Shown one piece after another: positions 6,741 to 14,261 of a stretch of 15,181 nt of DNA (its first letter is position 1; every line of letters starts with the position of its first letter). Position numbers and translations under genes: made by a program. The notes under the pieces were generated by a model. The model was not told where the DNA came from and did not search any database. It saw nothing but the letters and a program-made list of their open reading frames with translations. Source of the DNA: a bacterium (lineage in GTDB: Bacteria; Krumholzibacteriota; Krumholzibacteriia; LZORAL124-64-63); the NCBI GenBank assembly GCA_031441465.1, contig JANOEP010000002.1, positions 1 through 15,181 on the forward strand, written 5' to 3'.

Positions 6741-8033
6741 TCAGGTGTGGGCGGAAAAATCTCCCCGGACGGGCAGGATCAGCTGCCGCCAGGACAGGGA
6801 GCCGACCTTGCGGAAGCGGGCCAGCATGACCGTGCTGCCGACGGTGTAGGCCAGTGACGTGGCGATCGCCGCCCCCAGCGGACCATGGCGCGGGATCAGC
6901 AGCAGCCCCGCTCCCACGTTGACCGCCAGGGTGACCAGGCTGGCCTGGGTGTTCCAGGCGGACCGCCCACGCCCGATGAAATCGCCGGCCAGCACGGCGC
7001 CCGGCGCGCAGGCCACGATGCCGGGCAGCAACGCCCACAGGGCCGGTACCGCCGAGCGGTATTGGGCGCCGAAGACCGCCGCCAGCAGCAGCGGCGCGGC
7101 GACCGCCGCCAGGCAGGCGGCCGCGGCCGTGGCCGCGAGCGCGACCCGCACGGCGCGCGCCGAGGTGGCCACGCCCGCCTCCCGGTCATCCGTCGCGGAC
7201 GACCAGACCAGCAGGGGCTGCAAGGCGCTCGGCAGCAGCCACAGCACTTCGCCGATCATCACCGCCACCGAGTAGACGCCCACCGCTTGCGCGCCGTGCC
7301 AGGCCGCGACCAGGGCCAGGGCCAGACGCATGTGCAGCAGCGAGACGACCGCCGACAACTGGCCCTGCCAGCCCGCCCGCAGCAGCCCGGCCAAACCACC
7401 GGTTTCCCGAACCGGCGCGCCGACGGCGGCGCGACCCGCGCTGCGCGCGGTCAGCCAACCGAACACCGCGACGCCGGCGATCTGGCTGACGGCGAAGACG
7501 ACCAGGGCGGTCGCGAGTCCGAACACGCCGCTCGCGAGGGCGACACCCAGCAGCGCCAGCTGCAACAGGCCCCGGCCCAGGTTCACGGCGGTGCCCGTCC
7601 GCAGACGTCCCAGGGCCAGCAGGTCGTAGGTGAGGATGTCCGAGAGCAGCAGGGCCGCGAGCGCGCCGGCCATCGCCGCGGCGGTCGCCGCGCTCCAACC
7701 CAGACGGGCGGCGAGCGCCGCCCCCGCGTCGGTCCGCCAGGCGAGCGCCCCCAGGGCGGCGGCCACGAGCGTCACGCCGACGGTCCAGAGCGCCTGGGTC
7801 CGCAACAGGGACCGCGCAGCGGCCGGGCGGCGTCGGATGGTCGGGACCGCGGCCAGACCCACGCCGCCGTTGACGGCGGCGGCTACGAACATCAGCAGCG
7901 TGATCCCCAGCGCGTAGCGGCCTTGCCCGTCCGGCCCGAGCACGCGCGCGACCACCAGCCCGGCGCCCGCGCCGGCCGCGGCCTGGCCGAGTCGCAGCCC
8001 GAGCACCGCCGCGCCTTCGCGCAGGAGTTTCAT
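6741..8033 (-). CDS. Wzx-type (MOP superfamily) oligosaccharide flippase
   Basis: Start reassigned to ATG 8033 (GGGGAGGGAG upstream, ATGA overlap). About 12 hydrophobic segments. Motifs ARVLGPDGQGRY, AVGVYSVA, VFGAQY and LLIPRHGPLGAAIATSLAY are typical of polysaccharide-biosynthesis flippases. Confidence 0.85.
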   Translation of the reverse strand: MKLLREGAAVLGLRLGQAAAGAGAGLVVARVLGPDGQGRYALGITLLMFVAAAVNGGVGLAAVPTIRRRPAAARSLLRTQALWTVGVTLVAAALGALAWRTDAGAALAARLGWSAATAAAMAGALAALLLSDILTYDLLALGRLRTGTAVNLGRGLLQLALLGVALASGVFGLATALVVFAVSQIAGVAVFGWLTARSAGRAAVGAPVRETGGLAGLLRAGWQGQLSAVVSLLHMRLALALVAAWHGAQAVGVYSVAVMIGEVLWLLPSALQPLLVWSSATDDREAGVATSARAVRVALAATAAAACLAAVAAPLLLAAVFGAQYRSAVPALWALLPGIVACAPGAVLAGDFIGRGRSAWNTQASLVTLAVNVGAGLLLIPRHGPLGAAIATSLAYTVGSTVMLARFRKVGSLSWRQLILPVRGDFSAHT

Positions 8034-9043
8034 GAACTCCCTCCCCGCCGCAACGACAGCGCCGCGGCGCCGAGGCGCGACGTCCGCCGCCACATCGCGC
8101 GCTCCAGCGTCAGGGCGCCGAGCAGTTCCTTGAACTGCGCCACGCCCTGCTGGCCGCCGTGGCCGCCGAGATCCAGGCGCGCCGCCCCGCGCCGGCAGGC
8201 TTCCTCGAGATCGGCCCAGACCAGCAACGTCGCCGGGAACACGTCGTCCAGACCGTCGACGGTGGCCCCGACCCAGGCGGTCACCGTCCCGCCGGCCTGC
8301 AGGCAGAGGTGGGCGCCCAGCAGCGCGCCGTCGCGGCGGACCGTCGTGCAGTACGCCTGGCCGCCGCCGTCGGCGAGCAGGCCGCGCAGCAGACCGCCGG
8401 GGATCGGACGCGACCCCCAGCGCCGGATCGCCGCGGCGTAGATCGGCAGGAACTCGTCGATCACGGCAGGATCGGACGTGACCTCCGTCGTGCAGCCGCG
8501 CCGCAGCGAGCGGTTGCGCTCGTTGCGGCGATTCTTTTTCAGCAGGTGCGCCTCCACGTGGTCGAGGCCCTGCGCCAGCGGGAAGTAGGCCACGGGCACC
8601 GCCGTGCGCCGGAACCCGGCCCCGGCGAGCGGTGCGGCCACGTCGTCCGCGGCCGGGCCCTCGGCGTGCAGCGTCGCGGCCAGGGTCAGCGGTGCGCGCG
8701 CGGCGGCGATCCAGGCGTCCAGCAGGATTGCGAGGGTGCCGCGGCGCCGGACCGGGTCGAGATCCGGCCGCACCAGCAGATCGCAGGGCAGGCCGGCGTG
8801 GTGGGCTTCCAGCGTGCGGAAAGGGCCGCGCGCGGTCTCGATCCAGGCGAGCCCGCCGATGGTCTCCCCCGCCGCGGCGACGGTCGCCCAGACGCCCGTG
8901 CGGCGCGGCATGTGGGCGCAGAGCGCCGCGGTCCAGACGCCCGCACCGGCGAAGCCGCCGCCGCAGAGCGCGTGCAGGCGCCGCCAGTCCGGATCCGGCC
9001 GATCGCCGCGCCCGAGGACGTGGACCGCTGCGGGATGCGACAT
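8030..9043 (-). CDS. GNAT-superfamily (FemABX/CelD-BcsL/DUF482-like) acyl- or aminoacyl-transferase
   Basis: Start reassigned to ATG 9043, 8 nt after the upstream stop. Shows KKNRRNERNRSLRRG (the KxRxxiRra..G helix), FLPIY, PATLLVWADLEEACRRGAARLDLGG and GVAQFKELLGA (the FK.xfGa end motif). Confidence 0.8.
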   Translation of the reverse strand: MSHPAAVHVLGRGDRPDPDWRRLHALCGGGFAGAGVWTAALCAHMPRRTGVWATVAAAGETIGGLAWIETARGPFRTLEAHHAGLPCDLLVRPDLDPVRRRGTLAILLDAWIAAARAPLTLAATLHAEGPAADDVAAPLAGAGFRRTAVPVAYFPLAQGLDHVEAHLLKKNRRNERNRSLRRGCTTEVTSDPAVIDEFLPIYAAAIRRWGSRPIPGGLLRGLLADGGGQAYCTTVRRDGALLGAHLCLQAGGTVTAWVGATVDGLDDVFPATLLVWADLEEACRRGAARLDLGGHGGQQGVAQFKELLGALTLERAMWRRTSRLGAAALSLRRGGSS

Positions 9044-9051
9044 GCCCACCC

Positions 9052-11463
9052 TCAGCGGACCAGGGCCAGCGGCATCACGCGCACCTGTCCCGCCAGTTCC
9101 ACGCGCACGAGGTACGTACCGGAAGCCGCGGCGTCGCCGGTGAGGTTGGCCCCGTTCCAGAACGCCGCGTCGGACGCGACGTGGCGGTCGCGGTACACCA
9201 GCTGGCCGTCGAGGGTGTAGACCTCCACCTGGGCGCCGCCGCTGATCGCGAGGGGCGTCGTGACGGTCTCGGCGACGACGCCGCCGAGGCGCAGCCCGGC
9301 GTGCTCGTCGACCCGCAGCGGGTTCGGGTACAGGAAGAGCGGCGCGAGCGGCCCCTCGCCCGCGGTGCTGTTGCGTTCGATGGTCACCAGCACGGCGCCG
9401 CCCGCGGCGCCGGCGAGCAGGCGCATCCCGGTGGCGTCGGTCGTCAACTCGCGCACCGGTCCCTGCGGGGTGCCGGACACGATGTCCGCCGTGTAGTAGG
9501 CGGCCAGTCCGTAGCTCGCGAATTCGGCGGCGTTGGTGAAGGGGTCGACCAGCACCTCGCCGTTGCGGATCCGCACGCGTTCGAGCCCGGCGTCGTGGCC
9601 GACCCACACGTCGCCGTTGCCGTCGATCTCCACGTCCAGCAACGTGCCCTGGAGCAGACCGGGCGTCGCACCGTCCACCTTCGCCCGCAGCGAGCGCACC
9701 AGCGTCATGTCCAGCGTGTCGTCGTCGTACGTCCGGTAGGAAAGCTGCGCCAGCCCGCTGCCGCCGCCGACCCAGATCGTTCCGTCCGGGGCGACGTCGA
9801 CCGCGCGCACGCTGTCGAATTCGAAGCCGGCGCCTTCCACCGTGGCCGGGGGCGTCCAGATGTCGTCGCCGGCATCGGTCCAGGTCAGCGTCGCGCCGGC
9901 GCCGGCGGCGCCGTTGACGTCCCAGAGCACCAGACCCACGCCGGTCACCGCGAACCAGATCCGGTCGCGGCCGTCGACGACGGCGTCGAAGACGACGCCG
10001 CCGCCCAGACCGGTGTTGTCGGTCGGCAGGCGGATCCAGGACGACGGGTCCCGCCAGTGATCGGGATCGACCAGCACGTCGACGCCGTCACGATCGCTGA
10101 GCAGCAGCACGGGGCCGTCGGGGTGGTGCACGATCCGCGCGATGCGGCGCGACGACATCGGCGACGTGTCGGGCGTCAGGTGGTCCATGTCGGGGATGTC
10201 CGGCCGGTAGCGGATGACGCCGGATTGGAACTGCGTGAACCAGATCTCGCCGTCGGCCCGGGCCGTGAAGGCGAGCACGCCGCCGTCGAAATTGAACAGG
10301 CCGACCGAGTCCGCGGCCGCGGCGGCCAGGTTGGTGATCTGCGTCCACGCGAAGCCGTCGCGCCGCGCGATGCCGCCGCCCTGCCGCGAGCCGAACCAGG
10401 GGACGCCCGCGGCGTCGAAGGCGACGCCGTCGACGGAGGTGAACAGCAGCTCGTCCGACTCGATCAGGTTCCAACCGTCGCCGATGCGGCTGGCGACGAA
10501 GGAGCGGGCCGCCTTGAGGTTCGCAGGCTCGGGACGCCGCAGGCCGGCGCACCAGAGCCGGTCGGTGCCCTCGAGCGCGTGCACGGCGGCTTCGGGCGCG
10601 TCGACGGCCTGCCAGGCCGCGCCGTCCCATCGCCGCAGGCGTCCGGCGGTACCGGCCGCTTCGACCAGAGCCCAAGGTTCGGCGCCGACGTGGGCGAGGT
10701 CCGTCACCAGCAGCGTGAGGTCGCCCAACCGGCTCCACACGTCCGTTTCCTCGCTCCACGACCAGACGCCGTTACCGGCGCCCGCCAGGAGGCCCAGTCC
10801 CGGAACGCGCCGCAGCGCGAACACGGCTTGCGTGCCGATCCCGGCGCTCGCGTCGCTGACCGCGTTGTTGCGCTGCAGCGAGATGCCGCCCGCGGTCGCG
10901 ATCCACAGGTCGCCGCCGTCGAGCAGCAGGTCCAGGACGATGTCGCTCACCAGACCGGGCGTGTTCGCGGTGGTCATCACGCCGCCGGGCAAGCCGCCGC
11001 TGATCACGCCCACGCCGCCCGCCTGCAAACCGTAGTAGACGCGCTCCGCGTTCGCGGCGACGGCCGTGATCGCGAGGTCGGAGCCGAGATTGGTCACGCG
11101 ACGGAACACGGGCGCCACCGGATCGGGGTCGACCCGGGTCAGACCCGCGCCCGGGCAGGCCACCCAGAGATGGGTGCCGCTCCAGGCCAGGTCGACGACG
11201 CGGTCGCCGGCGAGGCCGTCGACCGCCCCCCAGCGCCCGGTGATGCCGCCGTCGGCGTTCATCACCAGCACGCCCCCCTCGGCGAGACCGCCGAACAGCC
11301 GACCGTCGGCCGCCAACAGGGCGACGCAATCCTGGGCGCTCAGGACGGTTTCGAGACGGACCGCCTGAGCGCTCGCGCCGGGCGCGGCGGCGACGGCGAC
11401 GAACAGCGCCGTCAAGAACAGCGCCGGGGCGAGCGCGCGCGCGGACAGATGATTGCTCTTCAC
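9052..11463 (-). CDS. Secreted beta-propeller protein with C-terminal T9SS-CTD/FlgD-Ig-like domain (PorZ-like architecture)
   Basis: GTG start with AGGAG and a GTGA overlap. Signal peptide ending APGASA. More than ten propeller-blade repeats (LWVACPGAGL, LWIATAGGI, PWFGSRQGGGI, IWFAVTGVGL, IWVGGGSGL, VWVGHDAGL) and NTPGLVSDIV. Tail reads LYPNP...VEVYTLDGQLV...WNGANLTGDAAASGTYLVRV...MPLALVR. Confidence 0.75.
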   Translation of the reverse strand: MKSNHLSARALAPALFLTALFVAVAAAPGASAQAVRLETVLSAQDCVALLAADGRLFGGLAEGGVLVMNADGGITGRWGAVDGLAGDRVVDLAWSGTHLWVACPGAGLTRVDPDPVAPVFRRVTNLGSDLAITAVAANAERVYYGLQAGGVGVISGGLPGGVMTTANTPGLVSDIVLDLLLDGGDLWIATAGGISLQRNNAVSDASAGIGTQAVFALRRVPGLGLLAGAGNGVWSWSEETDVWSRLGDLTLLVTDLAHVGAEPWALVEAAGTAGRLRRWDGAAWQAVDAPEAAVHALEGTDRLWCAGLRRPEPANLKAARSFVASRIGDGWNLIESDELLFTSVDGVAFDAAGVPWFGSRQGGGIARRDGFAWTQITNLAAAAADSVGLFNFDGGVLAFTARADGEIWFTQFQSGVIRYRPDIPDMDHLTPDTSPMSSRRIARIVHHPDGPVLLLSDRDGVDVLVDPDHWRDPSSWIRLPTDNTGLGGGVVFDAVVDGRDRIWFAVTGVGLVLWDVNGAAGAGATLTWTDAGDDIWTPPATVEGAGFEFDSVRAVDVAPDGTIWVGGGSGLAQLSYRTYDDDTLDMTLVRSLRAKVDGATPGLLQGTLLDVEIDGNGDVWVGHDAGLERVRIRNGEVLVDPFTNAAEFASYGLAAYYTADIVSGTPQGPVRELTTDATGMRLLAGAAGGAVLVTIERNSTAGEGPLAPLFLYPNPLRVDEHAGLRLGGVVAETVTTPLAISGGAQVEVYTLDGQLVYRDRHVASDAAFWNGANLTGDAAASGTYLVRVELAGQVRVMPLALVR

Positions 11464-13517
11464 GAGTTCTCCTGTTCAGTGGTCCCACGTTCGAGCCGGG
11501 AAATGCCGGCCGGATCGTACAATGCGCGACGGAGACGGGCCGTCCCGGCGCCCGCCCAAACGCCGCTCAGACCGGCGACGGGCGGTTCGAGGCGCCAGGG
11601 ATCGCCGGCGGTTCCCGGCGGTGGCGGCGCCCCGCCGGGACCGGCTGGGACGAGCGGGGCTCCCGAGAGTGCCAGGTGCCCGCCGACCAAGGCCCGGGCC
11701 AGAGCCGGTTGCCGGAGCAGACCGCGGGGGCGGCCGTCGCGGCCGCAGACCAGGCGCCAGGTCCGCGCCAGCGATTCCTCACCGGCCGGCGCCGCCTGGA
11801 AATTCCGGACCGTCCCTCCCCGACGCAGGCGCGCCAGCCCGGCGAGCGGGGCGCTCACCGCCAGCAGGAGCAGGCCCAGGGCAGCGGCGGCGAGGCGCTT
11901 GGCGACGTCCAAGGCCGGGCGCGCCGGTCCGGGATCGAGCACGGCGCTCGAGACGCCGCCGAAATCCTCGGCGTGGGCGCCGGCCTGCAGCAACGCCGTC
12001 GCGTCCACGCGCCAGCGCAACCGGACCCGCCGGCGCCGCAGCAGAGCCAAGGCCCGCAACTCGGAAGCTTCGCCCGTCGGCCACTGCCAGAACACGACCT
12101 GGGCGATGCGGTAGCGCTCGACGACGTCGACGAGGTCCGCGGGCGAGCCGAGGCGGGGTACGTCCGGGCCGCTCGGCGCGGCGCCGCCCAACGCCCCGTC
12201 GGCGGACAGGTAACCCACGGCGTCCAACCCGCAGCTGCGCGGGTCCGGACCGCCGTCCAGCCAGCCCGTCACCTCGGCGGCGGCTCCCACCAGCAGCGTG
12301 CGCTCCAGCGACAGGTAACCGCGTTCCATGCGGCGGCGCAACGCCAGGAACGCCGACTCGCTCAACAGGAGCGTCCCGAGCAGGAGCGGCCAGAACAGCA
12401 ACAGCACCACGCGGCTGTAGATGTGCTGGTGGCTCATGTAGGTGCTCGCCCACAGCAACAGGGTGACGGCGGCGACCTGCTGCATCCGGTCCCCCGCGCG
12501 CAGTGAGTGCCCGCGGGCGCCGCGCCGGTAGCGTCCCAGCAGCAGGAAGCCGAGGCTCGTCAGCAGGTTGGCGAACACGAACAGGGGCCGGTACCAGGCG
12601 AGCGGCAGCAGCGGCTCCTCGAAGAAGGGGTTGAGCGCGCCGCGCAGGGCGTAAGCGGCCAACAGCGACAGGTTGAGCGCCGCCAGGTCGGTCAACCAGA
12701 ACGCGAAGGTGCCCAGGGGATCGCGCCAGCGCTTGAGCAGGTAGACCAGCAGCCCCCACTTCTCGTAGAACGAGATCAGGCTGGTCAGGTGCAGCCAGAA
12801 GCCGCGGCGCAGCGGGCCGCCCGCGCTGTCGCGGCGATGCCGGTGGACGAAGCGGGACTCCGGGGCGTAGAGCACGTCGTACCCGGCCTGGCCCATCCGG
12901 TAGCACCAGTCGACGTCCTCGAAGTAGAGGAAGAAGCGCTCGTCCATGGCGCCGACGCGGGCCACGGCCTCGCGGCGCACCAGCACGCAGCCGCCGATGA
13001 CCCAGTCCACGGGCCGCGTCGTCAGGTGGTCGAAGTCGCGCATCAGGTGGCGGGCCACGGCGCGGGAGCCCGGTGAGAGGCGGCCCAGGATCGTGCGCCG
13101 CATCAGCAGGGTGCCGAGCGTGTAGAAGCGACGGCAGGATTCCTGGATCGTGCCGTCCTCGTTCAGCAGCTGCGGTCCCAGCAGGCCGGCCCGGGGGTGC
13201 GCCGCGGCGGCCCGCAGCAGCGCGTCGACGGCGCCCGGCTGGGCCACCACGTCGGGGTTCAGCAACAGGGTGAATTCGGCGTCCACGGCCCGCAGGCCCT
13301 GGTTGCAGCCGCGGGCGTAGCCCTCGTTGCGGGCGTTCATGAGCCAGCGCACGCCGGGGTGCGCCTCGCGGATCGCGGCGAGACCCGGCTCGGTCGAGGC
13401 GTTGTCCACGACCGTCACCGTGTGGTCGCAGGCCGGCGGGCAGCGCGCCAGCGCGTCCAGGCAGCGGCCGAGGTCGCCGCTGGTGTTGAAGTGGACGATG
13501 ACGACCGAGAGCTTCAA
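11460..13517 (-). CDS. GT2 (WbbL-like) glycosyltransferase fused to a WcaJ/WbaP-like membrane, Rossmann-like and degenerate phosphoglycosyl-transferase module
   Basis: Start reassigned to TTG 13517 (GGAGG 6 nt upstream, TTGA overlap). The GT2 part has LSVVIVHFN, VVDNAS, NEGYARGCN, LLLNPD, DWVIGGC and MDERFFLYFEDVDWCYR. It is followed by four TM helices (TDLAAL...YSRVVLLLFW), TLLVGA...DAVGYL...LGSPADLVDVVERYRIAQV, then KRLAAAALGLLLL...GHLALSG...VAGLSG. Confidence 0.85.
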   Translation of the reverse strand: MKLSVVIVHFNTSGDLGRCLDALARCPPACDHTVTVVDNASTEPGLAAIREAHPGVRWLMNARNEGYARGCNQGLRAVDAEFTLLLNPDVVAQPGAVDALLRAAAAHPRAGLLGPQLLNEDGTIQESCRRFYTLGTLLMRRTILGRLSPGSRAVARHLMRDFDHLTTRPVDWVIGGCVLVRREAVARVGAMDERFFLYFEDVDWCYRMGQAGYDVLYAPESRFVHRHRRDSAGGPLRRGFWLHLTSLISFYEKWGLLVYLLKRWRDPLGTFAFWLTDLAALNLSLLAAYALRGALNPFFEEPLLPLAWYRPLFVFANLLTSLGFLLLGRYRRGARGHSLRAGDRMQQVAAVTLLLWASTYMSHQHIYSRVVLLLFWPLLLGTLLLSESAFLALRRRMERGYLSLERTLLVGAAAEVTGWLDGGPDPRSCGLDAVGYLSADGALGGAAPSGPDVPRLGSPADLVDVVERYRIAQVVFWQWPTGEASELRALALLRRRRVRLRWRVDATALLQAGAHAEDFGGVSSAVLDPGPARPALDVAKRLAAAALGLLLLAVSAPLAGLARLRRGGTVRNFQAAPAGEESLARTWRLVCGRDGRPRGLLRQPALARALVGGHLALSGAPLVPAGPGGAPPPPGTAGDPWRLEPPVAGLSGVWAGAGTARLRRALYDPAGISRLERGTTEQENS

Positions 13518-14242
13518 GCCGCGCCTCCGGTACCGCGCGGTTCCCGCCGCAACCGCAGCGCCCAGACCATCCACATCGCTTCCCAGACGATCCGCTTGGA
13601 CATCTTCGAGACGCCGACCTGGCGGTCGACGAACATGATCGGGATCTCCTTGATGCGGTACCGCCGCCGCCAGCAATGGTAGTTCATCTCGATCTGGAAG
13701 GAGTAGCCGTCGCTCTTGATGCGCGACAGCGGCAGGGCCGCGAGCACCTCGCGCCGGAAGCACTTGAAGCCGCCGGTGGAATCCTTGATGGGCATGCCCG
13801 TGACCCGCCGCGCGTAGAGGTTCGCGCCGACGCTCAGGATCACCCGCCGCAGCGGCCAGTTGACCACCGTGATGCCATAGAGGTAGCGGCTGCCGAGCAC
13901 GACGTCGTGATCCCGGATCTCCTGCAGGAACGTGTCGATGGCGGCGGGATCATGGCTGAAGTCGGCATCCATCTCGAAGACGACTTCGGCGTCGGTGTTG
14001 GCCAGGATCCACTGGAAGCCGGCGATGTAGGCGGCGCCCAGCCCCGCCTTGCCCGGCCGCTCGAGCATCCGGACGCGGCCGCCGAAATCGGGCAGCGCCT
14101 TGACCACGGCGGCGGTCCCGTCCGGCGAGTTGTCGTCGACGACCAGGACCGAGATGCCGGGATCGCGGGCCAGGACCGCCGGCACGATGCGGCCGATGTT
14201 GTCGGCCTCGTTGTAGGTCGGGATGACGACCACGCTTTTCAC
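13514..14242 (-). CDS. Polyprenol monophosphomannose synthase-like (Dpm1/Ppm1 family) GT2
   Basis: Start reassigned to GTG 14242 (GAAGGTGG upstream). Motifs IPTYNEADNI, VDDNSPDGT, GLGAAYIAGF, EMDADFSHDP, GSRY, DSTGGFKCFRR, GYSFQIE and EIPIMFVDRQVGVSKMS. The donor sugar cannot be determined from the sequence. Confidence 0.92.
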   Translation of the reverse strand: MKSVVVIPTYNEADNIGRIVPAVLARDPGISVLVVDDNSPDGTAAVVKALPDFGGRVRMLERPGKAGLGAAYIAGFQWILANTDAEVVFEMDADFSHDPAAIDTFLQEIRDHDVVLGSRYLYGITVVNWPLRRVILSVGANLYARRVTGMPIKDSTGGFKCFRREVLAALPLSRIKSDGYSFQIEMNYHCWRRRYRIKEIPIMFVDRQVGVSKMSKRIVWEAMWMVWALRLRREPRGTGGAA

Positions 14243-14261
14243 GACGCCACCTTCCTGCCCG

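Noticed and set aside
6701..6849. Plus-strand AAGGAG followed by ATG 6718 and a 43-codon ORF
   Set aside because: The RBS spacing is long (11 nt), the ORF is mostly antisense to the flippase 3' end, and the peptide has no recognisable features.
8632..12114. 1160-aa plus-strand ORF, and other long plus-strand ORFs such as 1958-4426, 630-2147 and 6885-8441
   Set aside because: Antisense shadows of well-supported minus-strand genes. Stop codons are rare at this GC content, and the translations are Arg/Gly/Ala/Pro-rich with no recognisable motifs.
13518..13763. Longer N-termini in the ORF track for the GT2 fusion (13763), GNAT (9607), flippase (8093), ftsI (4390), ftsL (4830) and Dpm1-like gene (14272)
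   Set aside because: They overlap upstream genes. Downstream starts with RBS and/or 4-bp stop-start overlaps coincide with where family similarity begins.
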